A DNA stretch of 64,000 nt from the IMG/VR virus record IMGVR_UViG_3300025018_000001; one strand, written 5' to 3'. Of this stretch, positions 7,924 through 17,493 are shown one piece after another. The notes under the pieces were generated by a model. That model did not search any database and was not told where the DNA came from. It saw only the letters and a program-made list of their open reading frames with translations. Position 1 is the stretch's first letter, and every line of letters begins with the position of its first letter. The position numbers were made by a program, and so were the translations under genes. This stretch comes from a virus. Taxonomy: Duplodnaviria > Caudoviricetes.

Positions 7924-9192
7924 TTATAGTTGTTCTAAATTTATAGCTTTGGTTTTTGGCTTACTACTTACTCTAGAAGACAATTTAGCAGCTTCCTGGT
8001 CAAAAATATTTAACCACTGAGTAGCAATTTTACCTGACCACTGCATATCTGACTTAACCCACTCATAAGCATTATCAGCTTTAGCCTTTGCTTCTGTATA
8101 ATTATCATACACATAACACATTTTAGCTACTAAATCATCTACATCAACCAAAGGCCGGGGGATATCATTATCATTAGGTAAGGTAGTCCATAAACTTAAA
8201 TTATTACCACTACCCACCAAGTAACCACGCTCTTTTGTAATAAGTTCTTCCATTGCAGTATTATTAGGCATGATAGTTGGAGTTTTACAAGCCATAGCCT
8301 CTAACCAACCTATACCAAAACCCTCACCCAGGGTAGTACTTATTACACAATCACAGCTATTATAGAGGTAGTTAATAACGTCTACAGGAAAGCCCTGATT
8401 AGGCTCCATCTTATCCGGTAATACCACATCTCTACCTAGTTGCATATCCATCTCCGTAAGTAGTTTAGGAATGTTCCAACCCTGGTCTACACCGCACATG
8501 TGTAAGTATAGCATTGATTCGGGTACATACTTCTTAAACTCCTTGAACGCTTGGATAGTTCTAGGGATATCTTTTCTCTGCTGATTTCTATTTATATTCA
8601 TAAATATAAAGCGGTCCTTACCAATAGAAAAGTAAGATTCCCTAAATTTAGCAACTTCTTCAGTAGGTAGGGGTTTAAATATATTCATATCTACCCCATG
8701 GTAAATTATATCTATATCTGGCTGTTTACCTCTTACGTGTTTCAAATAAGCTTGTTTTCCAAAGTTAGTATAAGCTACTAACCTATCTACGGGGAGTAAG
8801 TTAGGGTACCATTCAGCACGTAGTACACTGTCAATAGGGTAGTACATAATAGTTTTAAACGGCTTTACTCTTTTTGCTTTCAAATGCTTAATTAGTTCGG
8901 GTAAAAAGTCAACTATAAAGGTATCCTGCAATACCCAGAGTATGTCAAAGTCATGCTCTAAAGCAAAGTAACAAAATTTACGTCTTCCGTAAGGGTCACC
9001 GGCTTGATGATCCATTGCTGGCCAAATTCTGTAAGGTAGTGTGTGTGGTGTACCATGATAGTTAATACCGAAAATATCAATATCATACCTACCACTAGCA
9101 TGTAATTGGGCTAGTATGTTTCTACTTACAGTACCAAACCCTGTTGCTACGGTTGGACTATCCGCGTATACTAAAATTTTTGTCTTTTGCAT
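7924..9192 (-). CDS. GT-B (GT4-like) glycosyltransferase
   Basis: YADSPTVATGFGTV, YHGVD, NRNQQRKD, TTLGEGFGIGWLEAMACKTP. Confidence 0.92.
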   Translation of the reverse strand: MQKTKILVYADSPTVATGFGTVSRNILAQLHASGRYDIDIFGINYHGTPHTLPYRIWPAMDHQAGDPYGRRKFCYFALEHDFDILWVLQDTFIVDFLPELIKHLKAKRVKPFKTIMYYPIDSVLRAEWYPNLLPVDRLVAYTNFGKQAYLKHVRGKQPDIDIIYHGVDMNIFKPLPTEEVAKFRESYFSIGKDRFIFMNINRNQQRKDIPRTIQAFKEFKKYVPESMLYLHMCGVDQGWNIPKLLTEMDMQLGRDVVLPDKMEPNQGFPVDVINYLYNSCDCVISTTLGEGFGIGWLEAMACKTPTIMPNNTAMEELITKERGYLVGSGNNLSLWTTLPNDNDIPRPLVDVDDLVAKMCYVYDNYTEAKAKADNAYEWVKSDMQWSGKIATQWLNIFDQEAAKLSSRVSSKPKTKAINLEQL

Positions 9193-9197
9193 AATTC

Positions 9198-10382
9198 TTA
9201 ATCCTCTTTGGTTTTTGTTTTCTTAGCCTTAATCTTTTTTGTAGCAAGAAAGGCGCCATTAAAGTTTGTCTCACTTATATCATCCATTACGGGTAGTATA
9301 CTTGGATTTTTTTCAAGATACTTTTTTAGCTTTGTAGGTGATACTGTAACCAATGTTGCAAAGTCTTCTACAGGGATGAAGGTGCTTAGTTTTGCTGCGT
9401 TATACGAAGTCCTTGAATTCTGTCGCATAACCATCTCTTGCTCGCCAGAAACAACCGACTTCTCCTGTATCTTAATCTTTTCTATAAGTACATTTGCAAT
9501 TTCCTTTTCACGTAGTTCTAGAATCTTCTGGCTTGCTCTAACAGATTCCCACTCAGTGACTAATTCTTCATCTGGTAGAGTTTGTACATTTAGGAAAGAG
9601 AACTCTTTCTTAACACAAAGCTCCTGATATTTCTCACACACATTAGTATAATCACACCAAGCACATAAAAAGTTGATTGAGGGTTTAGCTTCTTCTCTTG
9701 TTAAAGCTGAGATTTCTGCATGTACGGCATTTAAGTACTGCTCAAATTCCTCAAGCTCTTCATCAGTCCTATACGTGTAAACTAAATCACCAGAACGTAG
9801 CATATCCAAACAAAGTATTACTCTACTATATTGGGGATATAACTTTCTAGCTACTAGATTATACATTGATAACTGAATGTCGGAACTTAACTTATTCGCA
9901 TCCGGTACTGTTTTAGATGTCTTGTAATCCACAATTAATAAAGTAGTTGGATTGACTTCTACTGCTTTATCAATAGCACCAATCAACTCCACTCCACCGT
10001 TAGTAGTGATAACCTGTGTATTTGGAAATCCAAATCTATCCTCTATACCCACAATTTTATCACCAATCTTAAAAATTTTAAGCTTAGCTTTAATTATATC
10101 TTTACCGACTAGATGATCTCCGTAATCTTCTATACCATGTTTAACAGAAGCCTTATCATAATAAGCTAGTAATTCTTTAATTTGTGTGGCACTAAATTTT
10201 TTAATATCTTGCTCTTTCATGATACGACCAGCTTTTTCTAAAGTATCATGGCAAGCAAGCCCTAACTTAAATACAGGGTTAGATAGTTTTTCTAAGTGCT
10301 CTTCATATGAGTACCAATATCTAAGTTTACATTGTAGAAACGTATTTATTCTTGTGGCACTTAATTTAACAATTTTCTTCAC
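9198..10382 (-). CDS. PD-(D/E)XK exonuclease (RecB/AddB/Cas4-like, Fe-S type) with C-terminal coiled region
   Basis: LSATRINTFLQC, GLACHDTLE, GAID...IVDYKT, QLSMY, CAWC...C (1+3 Cys). Start placed at GTG 10382 after GGAGG rather than 10421. Confidence 0.88.
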   Translation of the reverse strand: MKKIVKLSATRINTFLQCKLRYWYSYEEHLEKLSNPVFKLGLACHDTLEKAGRIMKEQDIKKFSATQIKELLAYYDKASVKHGIEDYGDHLVGKDIIKAKLKIFKIGDKIVGIEDRFGFPNTQVITTNGGVELIGAIDKAVEVNPTTLLIVDYKTSKTVPDANKLSSDIQLSMYNLVARKLYPQYSRVILCLDMLRSGDLVYTYRTDEELEEFEQYLNAVHAEISALTREEAKPSINFLCAWCDYTNVCEKYQELCVKKEFSFLNVQTLPDEELVTEWESVRASQKILELREKEIANVLIEKIKIQEKSVVSGEQEMVMRQNSRTSYNAAKLSTFIPVEDFATLVTVSPTKLKKYLEKNPSILPVMDDISETNFNGAFLATKKIKAKKTKTKED

Positions 10383-10899
10383 TTTTTCCCTCCATATAAA
10401 GATAGCCATAATCTCTAGCATATCTATATTTATATTTATTTAAAACTGTATCAGCATAACAAAATAGTTGTGCTTGTGCATCAATCATATCATTATCTTT
10501 TTTAAATGTCAAGTTTTCTATATCTAATAAATAGCATACGAAATTAAATAGGTCTTCTTTATTAGGTGATGCAAAGTAAGACTTGACAGTAGTATTTGTA
10601 ATTATGTAAGGTTCAATACCTAGTGTTTTTATACAGGTGAGTTTGGCTACCCCAGCAAACTCACTAAGTATTTTTAGAGTTCCTACATTAATACCAGAAA
10701 AAGTATCCTCCTGGACTATAAAGTCAGGGGCTAAGTCTATAAGTAACTGCTCTAATAAATTACTAAATAGTAATAATCTTTCAGACCTAGTAGATTTAGG
10801 GCTAGTACAAATAACACCCTTTTTAAAAGTCATACCATCTGAAGTAAAACACCAACCTGTAGAGGAGGCAGAAACATCTATACTTAAAATTTTACACAT
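10366..10899 (-). CDS. ruvC: RuvC-like Holliday junction resolvase
   Basis: [20 protein letters not shown] acidic RNase H-fold pattern typical of phage RuvC. Confidence 0.82.
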   Translation of the reverse strand: MCKILSIDVSASSTGWCFTSDGMTFKKGVICTSPKSTRSERLLLFSNLLEQLLIDLAPDFIVQEDTFSGINVGTLKILSEFAGVAKLTCIKTLGIEPYIITNTTVKSYFASPNKEDLFNFVCYLLDIENLTFKKDNDMIDAQAQLFCYADTVLNKYKYRYARDYGYLYMEGKSEENC

Positions 10900-11656
10900 T
10901 GCTAACTTCTTTAAGTACTTTCAATTGTTCCGGGGTAACTTTGTCAATTGATGGAAGTACTAAGTGCAATTGTACAAATACATTACCATTAGGTCCTCCA
11001 TTTTTACCAATACCTCCCTTACCCATGAACCTCAACACTGACCCATGTGTGGCGCCATTAGGTATAGCTACATCAATCTCTTTCTCTACAATTACCCTCC
11101 CAGAGTCACAAGAGGTGCACTTTGTTTTAACAGTAAAGCCTCGGCCTGAGCAATGTTTGCAAGGTACTTGTGTCATCATACGCACATTAAACTGCATAAC
11201 GATTTGTTCTGTACTGCCCATACCATTACATACATTACATGTGGTACGTTCTGACGCGCCTGTGCCCGCACATTTTTGACAAGGGTCTGCCAGAGTAAAC
11301 TTAATATTTTTAGTAGCCCCTGATAGTATATCATATATAGATACAGGTACTTTTATATTTACATCTTGTCCAGGCGTTGGGAAGTTTTGCCTATTATGCT
11401 GACCACCCATACCAAAATGGTTTTTAAAAAAATCATTAATATCAAAGTCACTAAAACCAGACCTAGGATTATCATGTTGGTTTCTTTTCTGGGGGTCAGA
11501 TAAAATCTGGTAAGCGTCATTTATTTCTTTAAATTTAGTATCATCACCATTATTCTTATCTGGGTGATGTAGTAAAGCTAACTTTCTGAACGCTTTCTTT
11601 ATTTCTTCATCTGTAGCATTAGGGGTGACACCTAAAACTTTATAGTAGTCTTTCAT
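10892..11656 (-). CDS. dnaJ: DnaJ (Hsp40) co-chaperone, shortened
   Basis: [10 protein letters not shown]...HPDKN J-domain, short G/F region, CxxCxGxG x3 plus CTSCDSG, and one C-terminal beta domain. Start placed at ATG 11656 after GAGG. Confidence 0.95.
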   Translation of the reverse strand: MKDYYKVLGVTPNATDEEIKKAFRKLALLHHPDKNNGDDTKFKEINDAYQILSDPQKRNQHDNPRSGFSDFDINDFFKNHFGMGGQHNRQNFPTPGQDVNIKVPVSIYDILSGATKNIKFTLADPCQKCAGTGASERTTCNVCNGMGSTEQIVMQFNVRMMTQVPCKHCSGRGFTVKTKCTSCDSGRVIVEKEIDVAIPNGATHGSVLRFMGKGGIGKNGGPNGNVFVQLHLVLPSIDKVTPEQLKVLKEVSNV

Positions 11657-11657
11657 T

Positions 11658-12020
11658 TTAATCCTCAAGCATAGTTACAACTTTACCGTCAATAGCTACA
11701 AAGTCATCTACAATTTTAAAACTTATTGGGCAAAATAGTTGATTATCCGCTAGAGCTGGATATTTTTTAACGCCAAAAAGAACTTTAGTAATAGTAGATA
11801 CATAGAATATGTTATCACTAAAAATAGTAAAGTCTCCATCTTCTTCAGTAAAGAATGTAGGGTCTAAATCATAATAACTACCTTTACAAGGTAATTTAAA
11901 AGAGTACATTTCTTCACTAATATGGATCTTAAAATTATTAGCTGGTAACATGGCTAAGGTAGGCATTGCGTATATAGCATCAGTTTCCTGTAAACCCATC
12001 CCATTTTCATTTTCGTTCAT
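11658..12020 (-). CDS. Hypothetical protein
   Basis: 120-aa ORF with GGAG RBS, in operon context. Confidence 0.8.
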   Translation of the reverse strand: MNENENGMGLQETDAIYAMPTLAMLPANNFKIHISEEMYSFKLPCKGSYYDLDPTFFTEEDGDFTIFSDNIFYVSTITKVLFGVKKYPALADNQLFCPISFKIVDDFVAIDGKVVTMLED

Positions 12021-12035
12021 TTAGATCTCCTTTAA

Positions 12036-12347
12036 TTAGTATAAAACAATAAAATTATCAACAACTACATTTGTCCAGTATGCTTTTGAAGGTCCTTGGC
12101 AGTATTTACATTTAGTGTCATAAGATGTCTCTTCTATATGCCCAAATAATTTTATATACGTACCATTAGGTAATTCTGCCAACGCTTCAGCAATTTTACC
12201 CCATGCCCCTATTTTAACATATTGAAATTTATCATCAATAGGTAAAGCCAGTTTACATTTGTAATTTGTTATATCACTATATATGCTGACTTCTCTGTAA
12301 GAGATTTTACCTACTAATTTTACAATATTCTCACCTGATATATTCAT
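12036..12347 (-). CDS. ssb: Single-stranded DNA-binding protein (single OB fold, no acidic tail)
   Basis: VKLVGKI, V..GAWGK.AE, G..I.LFGHIE..SY, W.TNVVVDNF match the SSB/PriB OB-fold pattern; adjacent to primase. Confidence 0.7.
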   Translation of the reverse strand: MNISGENIVKLVGKISYREVSIYSDITNYKCKLALPIDDKFQYVKIGAWGKIAEALAELPNGTYIKLFGHIEETSYDTKCKYCQGPSKAYWTNVVVDNFIVLY

Positions 12348-13383
12348 CTAGATACCTATAAATTTCGTCTGTTGTCAATTCTGCTGGCCCATCTGTCTCT
12401 TTTTTAACAGAAGGAGTGATGTCAATGTCTACTACAGGTATGCCCTCTTTTGTAAGAGCTTCAACCCCTAACTTTGCACCACCTCTACCAGCTTTATCAG
12501 CATCATACATTATAATAACTCCTTTAAGTGCATAAATTTTCAACAACTGCACTTGTCCTGGGCTAAGAAAAGAACCCATAGTACAAACTACGTTGTAAAT
12601 ACCATAGTCGTACATGCGCCAAACGGACTTAAAACCTTCTACAACTATTATAGGTGTTATATTACCATATAGTTTAGCATTTTGCAAGTTATAAAGAACT
12701 AGATCTTTAACAAAACCAGTAGTTATTATATATTTAAAAGAATCGTCTGGTGGGTTCATCCTTGTATCTTTTAATGAGTAGGCTTTTAATGCACCATCAA
12801 CATCTCTGATTGGTATTATATCCCTAAGAATACCAAACTCATCTGTTAAGCCACCAGCAACTTCAAAATAATCTAAGGTAGTATTGCTAAAATTATCTTG
12901 TCTAATCATAACCTGCGAACGTAATGGCCTGTAAGATATTAAATGATCTTCAGATACATATGCGGGCTGCTGTGAAGTTGCATAACTTTTAATAAACGCA
13001 TCTCTATCTTTAGAAAATAATCTATCAACTTTAAAATTATTAGATAAAACACTATCACCTACAAGATCTTGAAGATATTTTACTGCTTCTTTAAAATCAA
13101 TTTTAAGTACCCCTTTTATAAGACCTATTATGTCATAACCATAGGTTTCCTGACATTTAGAGGTAAAACAAAGCCATGTCCTGGTTTGTTTATTTAACCT
13201 AAAAGCACTCCTATTATCGCCACCATGCACTGCACAAGATGCTCTAATTTGTTTAGCATTTTCATTTGTTATTTTAAAGCCTAGAGAATGTAATAAAAGA
13301 TGTAGGTCTACACTTTCTTTTAGTAGTTGTATATCTGTATTATCATAAGAGCGTGTTGTGTTCTGCAAAGCTATCACCTCCAT
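12331..13383 (-). CDS. dnaG: DNA primase (CHC2 zinc finger + TOPRIM)
   Basis: CAVHGGDN...WLCFTSKC zinc-binding domain; VVEGFKS and YDADKAG TOPRIM motifs. Confidence 0.93.
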   Translation of the reverse strand: MEVIALQNTTRSYDNTDIQLLKESVDLHLLLHSLGFKITNENAKQIRASCAVHGGDNRSAFRLNKQTRTWLCFTSKCQETYGYDIIGLIKGVLKIDFKEAVKYLQDLVGDSVLSNNFKVDRLFSKDRDAFIKSYATSQQPAYVSEDHLISYRPLRSQVMIRQDNFSNTTLDYFEVAGGLTDEFGILRDIIPIRDVDGALKAYSLKDTRMNPPDDSFKYIITTGFVKDLVLYNLQNAKLYGNITPIIVVEGFKSVWRMYDYGIYNVVCTMGSFLSPGQVQLLKIYALKGVIIMYDADKAGRGGAKLGVEALTKEGIPVVDIDITPSVKKETDGPAELTTDEIYRYLDEYIR

Positions 13384-14812
13384 TTTGATTACTACCTAAA
13401 TCTAATTTTAAATCACTTAAATAGTCAAATGTTTCTACTTGATTTTCTTGACTTACTTCAACGATTCTAAGCTTAGTCTTTTTAAATTTAAAGCCTATGC
13501 CCCACTCACCAGTAGTACCACCACGACGCGTATCACGAATACATAGTCCGTAATGCCCAGCTATATCTAAATCTACTGCTTCTTCTTCAGCTTTTTTCAA
13601 ATCCCTAAGGCCCCAAAAAGCTACGATATCTCCATATCTAGCTACTCTATCAGAGTCAGCTACATCCCCTGTTCTATTTACTTGTACTGCTGCTAAGAAC
13701 GGAATATCTAACTGGCCGGATAAATCCTTTAAGCGTGTTGTTACATCACCTAAAATTTGGTATTCTTTCCTACCTGCTTCCACACTGGAAGATTCTGGCT
13801 CTTTTATGTAGTCAAAAACAGCTAACTTAATATCTTCTTTGAACTTATATTTTTTGTAGAGTGCTGTTATCTTTTCTAAATTATATCCAGGTAAGTAATG
13901 ATGAAACAACTTACTTTTCTTTAGATATTTAGCTGCTTCTTGTATACGTCTAAATACTTCTTTATCATTTCTAAAGCCACCATGTTTGATAGTTCTCTCC
14001 TGTACACCACTAATGATTGCTAGTACCCGGTCACGCCATTCTTTAAAGGTCATTTCTGTGTCCACGTATAGTGTGGGTAGTCCATCATTAACCGCTACAT
14101 GAGTAGCTATATTAGTAAGCACAGTAGACTTACCCATTTTCTTCCTTGCTGCTACAATCATTAATGTTCCAGGAATTAAACCATCAATAACCTTATCGAG
14201 TATAGGGAAGCCTGTTGAAATACCAATAACAGGTATATGATCATCCATAATACTTTCTATGTATTCATCTAAACCATCTGATATGTGCTTAGGTTCTGCT
14301 ATAGCTTCACTATGAATAGATAAAGATATTAAGTCAGCCTGTACGCCATTAATCAAGTCATCACTAGATACAGAAGCTAACGAAGACGCATTTGCTAAAA
14401 CGCTATCTGTGTGTAAATTTAACTTACTGAATAACTTATATTTTGTACTATCATCTATCAATTTTGTAATTAAATTTGGTAAGTCTTTATCCGGTACTGG
14501 TACATTTAATATAGCGTCAATAAATGCCTCGCTACAGGTATCTTCAAAATTTAAATCTATTGAAGTTTTAGTTAGTAAAAGTTTACTACATTTCGAGTAC
14601 CCTGCTTTATTCAATAAACATAAAATAGAGAAGAACGCTCTAGACTCAGGTGCAAGGAAATCAGTCTCTTCCACTCTAGCTAGTACATTAAAAAAGTTAT
14701 CTTCACTATGAGACATAGCAGAAAGAATACCTCGTTCATTATAAGCATCACAAAAAGTATGCGCAGATTTATCAATACTCTTACTTATAGTGCTTTCTTT
14801 GGTATAATTCAT
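13343..14812 (-). CDS. dnaB: Replicative DnaB-family helicase
   Basis: N-terminal ERGILS.M domain, Walker A AARKKMGKS, DTEM, Walker B FDYIK, QVNR. Confidence 0.95.
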   Translation of the reverse strand: MNYTKESTISKSIDKSAHTFCDAYNERGILSAMSHSEDNFFNVLARVEETDFLAPESRAFFSILCLLNKAGYSKCSKLLLTKTSIDLNFEDTCSEAFIDAILNVPVPDKDLPNLITKLIDDSTKYKLFSKLNLHTDSVLANASSLASVSSDDLINGVQADLISLSIHSEAIAEPKHISDGLDEYIESIMDDHIPVIGISTGFPILDKVIDGLIPGTLMIVAARKKMGKSTVLTNIATHVAVNDGLPTLYVDTEMTFKEWRDRVLAIISGVQERTIKHGGFRNDKEVFRRIQEAAKYLKKSKLFHHYLPGYNLEKITALYKKYKFKEDIKLAVFDYIKEPESSSVEAGRKEYQILGDVTTRLKDLSGQLDIPFLAAVQVNRTGDVADSDRVARYGDIVAFWGLRDLKKAEEEAVDLDIAGHYGLCIRDTRRGGTTGEWGIGFKFKKTKLRIVEVSQENQVETFDYLSDLKLDLGSNQNGGDSFAEHNTLL

Positions 14813-15236
14813 TCTCTCTCCTTGTTAATTCGCGTTTAAACGCTGCAATAAGTTCCATAATGGTTTTATCTACACCATCTAAAAGAACTAACTCATCTTG
14901 TAAAGCATCAATTTCATCTTGTAAAGTATTTAGTACTTGGTTAGTATATACTAAAGAGGCTCTTGCATCTTTTTTAGTTTTGAACTCTTTTATAATGGCA
15001 GGGGTTATTAAACCAAATAAAACACCTTCTAATATGCGTTCTTTTCTAGTTATCTCAGCCCTAGTAATATTATATTGTGACTTAAAGTACACTAAGTATT
15101 GTGATAAAGCAATAACACCTTTACTTATAAACATATCGTCTGTCTGTTCTAAGGTACGTACATCGTATGAAAATATGTCCTCTATTAAAGAATTCTCTGG
15201 TTTACTTTTTTGAAATAACAATAACCCCTCATCCAT
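14781..15236 (-). CDS. Helical protein, possibly UvsY-like recombination mediator
   Basis: 151 aa, amphipathic helical pattern; size and layout recall T4 UvsY; lies between recA and dnaB. Confidence 0.4.
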   Translation of the reverse strand: MDEGLLLFQKSKPENSLIEDIFSYDVRTLEQTDDMFISKGVIALSQYLVYFKSQYNITRAEITRKERILEGVLFGLITPAIIKEFKTKKDARASLVYTNQVLNTLQDEIDALQDELVLLDGVDKTIMELIAAFKRELTRRENELYQRKHYK

Positions 15237-15488
15237 TTATGATACCTCATTGTCGTCTTTTTTATTTTCTTCTGTAACGTAAAAGCCAGTACAAAAATAA
15301 TCGAAGTCGTACTGCTTGGTTTCATAGTTAAAAAAATGATACCAGTCTGTCTTCATACCTATCTGTCTACAATACTGACTTAAGTCGCAGTACTTAATGT
15401 CACCTGTTGCAGTTCCATCTTTTAAAGGACACCAGTCTGCACAGTCCTTTCCATGTCTCTTTGGATTTACATTTATAAGATTAAACAT
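15237..15488 (-). CDS. Small Cys-rich hypothetical protein
   Basis: 83 aa with CADWC, C..SQYC and a further Cys. Confidence 0.7.
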   Translation of the reverse strand: MFNLINVNPKRHGKDCADWCPLKDGTATGDIKYCDLSQYCRQIGMKTDWYHFFNYETKQYDFDYFCTGFYVTEENKKDDNEVS

Positions 15489-15825
15489 TCATCGCCTCAT
15501 ATATTCTGTTTAGTACAAGTTCATTGTCTATGCTGTCTATTGTATCAAATAACAACACTAAAGTCAAGTCATTTTCTTCACAATACTCAACTTTTAGACT
15601 ATCTCTCCTCTTTTGGGCATAAAAATTAGAGACGTCACCATGAAAGTGTTTAACAAACTCAGTATGTTGACGTCCCTGACATTCAAATAATAGCCCTAAC
15701 TCCTTAATATAGAAATCAAAAAATAACTGAGTATTTTTAAATCTAACATAATACTCTTTCTCAATATAAGTAAATTGAAATTCTTCTTTTAATATATTAT
15801 ATACATCATCAGCTATTTTACTCAT
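15481..15825 (-). CDS. Vsr/DUF559-like endonuclease
   Basis: FDFYI...LLFECQGRQH...RD..K..YC pattern of the very-short-patch-like nuclease family. Confidence 0.75.
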   Translation of the reverse strand: MSKIADDVYNILKEEFQFTYIEKEYYVRFKNTQLFFDFYIKELGLLFECQGRQHTEFVKHFHGDVSNFYAQKRRDSLKVEYCEENDLTLVLLFDTIDSIDNELVLNRIYEAMNV

Positions 15826-15827
15826 AA

Positions 15828-16928
15828 CTACGCCGTAACTTCTCTAGCTTTATCGTACTCCGCTTGCGCTTTGTAGTATACATCTAAACCAAGTAATACA
15901 GTAATTTCCTCTTTTATTAGTAGGAAAATATCTGGGTTGTCCTCAAAAAACTTTCTTACTCCGTTGTCACCTTGACCTATATTTTCATCGGAGTATTTGT
16001 ACCAACTACCCGCTTTAGTCAAAATACCTAAATCAGTGGCTATTTTAATAACTTCCCCAGTCATGTCATAACCAACACCATATATTAGGTCTGTCTCGGA
16101 TTTAACGAAAGGGCACGCCAATTTATTTTTAATAGTTTCAAACTCTGTTTTATGCCCAATAACTTTACCTTTTGAATCAACTATTCTATTTGCTTTTGCT
16201 CCTATACCAGATACTCTAATCCTGCCTGTAGAATAAAAAGGAAGTGCATCCCCACCAGTAGTGGTCTCCGGGTTACCATACCCACCTATTTTATTACGTG
16301 TTTGATTTATAAATATAACACACGTATCTGTCTCAGCAGCTATAGGTACAAACCTAAGAGTAGTTTTACTCATCAGTCTAGCTAATAAAGCTATATTATT
16401 ATCTTCTAACTCTGAGTCAGCTGCTACCTTTGGTATGAGTGATGTAACAGAATCAATAACTATTAGATCTACACTTCCAGTTTTCATAAGTGTTTCAGCA
16501 ACACCTAAGTTATCCTCCCCTGTATACAGCTCAACTACATGAAGTTTAGCAGTATCAACACCCATACTACTAAATAGTCTTGGGTCAGCACTATGTTCTG
16601 CGTCAACGAAAACACAATTCATACCTCTACGTTGTGCCTCTGCTATAATTGACATAGCTAGTGTGGTTTTTCCTGCACTTGGTGGACCGTAAATTTCATA
16701 TATACGCCCTTTAGCTACACCACCTCTATCTAAAGCAGCATCTAACCCTATACTACGTGTAGAAATAGTGTTTATCACTAAAGGTTTATCACACATATAT
16801 TGTAAAACGCTACCATGTTTTTTATTAATAGCCTTTATAGCAATATCAAATGAAGATGTTTTGCCTCCAGTACTTGCCCCAACCTCTGAAGCAGACTCTT
16901 TTAATTCTTTTGTTTTTTTAATCGCCAT
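15828..16928 (-). CDS. recA: RecA-family recombinase
   Basis: GRIYEIYGPPSAGKTT, FVDAEH, VIDSV, FINQTRNKIG, PETTTGGDALPFYS, KAGSWY. Confidence 0.97.
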   Translation of the reverse strand: MAIKKTKELKESASEVGASTGGKTSSFDIAIKAINKKHGSVLQYMCDKPLVINTISTRSIGLDAALDRGGVAKGRIYEIYGPPSAGKTTLAMSIIAEAQRRGMNCVFVDAEHSADPRLFSSMGVDTAKLHVVELYTGEDNLGVAETLMKTGSVDLIVIDSVTSLIPKVAADSELEDNNIALLARLMSKTTLRFVPIAAETDTCVIFINQTRNKIGGYGNPETTTGGDALPFYSTGRIRVSGIGAKANRIVDSKGKVIGHKTEFETIKNKLACPFVKSETDLIYGVGYDMTGEVIKIATDLGILTKAGSWYKYSDENIGQGDNGVRKFFEDNPDIFLLIKEEITVLLGLDVYYKAQAEYDKAREVTA

Positions 16929-17493
16929 GTACTCTCCTTAAATTTTCAAAATTAAACCCTGTGTATTCATTATCCTTTAACTCATCCGCTTCTACCATTT
17001 TTTCCATTCTGTATGCATTAAGTATTTCTACATTACTATTTAACATACTTATAACTTTATCAGTTATCCATTTACATTTATCACTACCAAAAACCCAAGT
17101 ACCTATAGGTAAGGTTAGGTCTAATTCAGATTCATACACAAATAGGGCGTTAATAATATTAGCACAGTCCTGTATACCATCCTCAAAGGAACACTTAAGC
17201 TCTAGCTGTCTATTACTTATAAACCTTGTAAATAAAGTTCTATCTTTTTGCCTATTAGCTACTAGTGCACAAACATCATTGTGATAGTAGTCCATTAAAT
17301 TATAAAAGAAATTAACCAACTCGTCAAGATTTTTTATTTGTCTAGGCCTTGCCTTATTTGCTACTTTGTATCCCAACGATTTTAAAAAGTTTACACATGC
17401 CACTTCAACTTCTTTCTCAGGTAGTTTATCATTTAAAAAACTTGGTGCATCTAACTGTTTTACTTTAGAGATTAAAATATCTAAATTTTTCAT
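16918..17493 (-). CDS. Hypothetical protein
   Basis: 191-aa ORF overlapping both dnaN and recA. Confidence 0.8.
   Translation of the reverse strand: MKNLDILISKVKQLDAPSFLNDKLPEKEVEVACVNFLKSLGYKVANKARPRQIKNLDELVNFFYNLMDYYHNDVCALVANRQKDRTLFTRFISNRQLELKCSFEDGIQDCANIINALFVYESELDLTLPIGTWVFGSDKCKWITDKVISMLNSNVEILNAYRMEKMVEADELKDNEYTGFNFENLRRVHGD

Noticed and set aside
9198-10382. Cas4 / CRISPR system
   Set aside because: The Cas4-like Fe-S nuclease is a common stand-alone phage recombination nuclease; no repeat-spacer array or other cas genes are visible.
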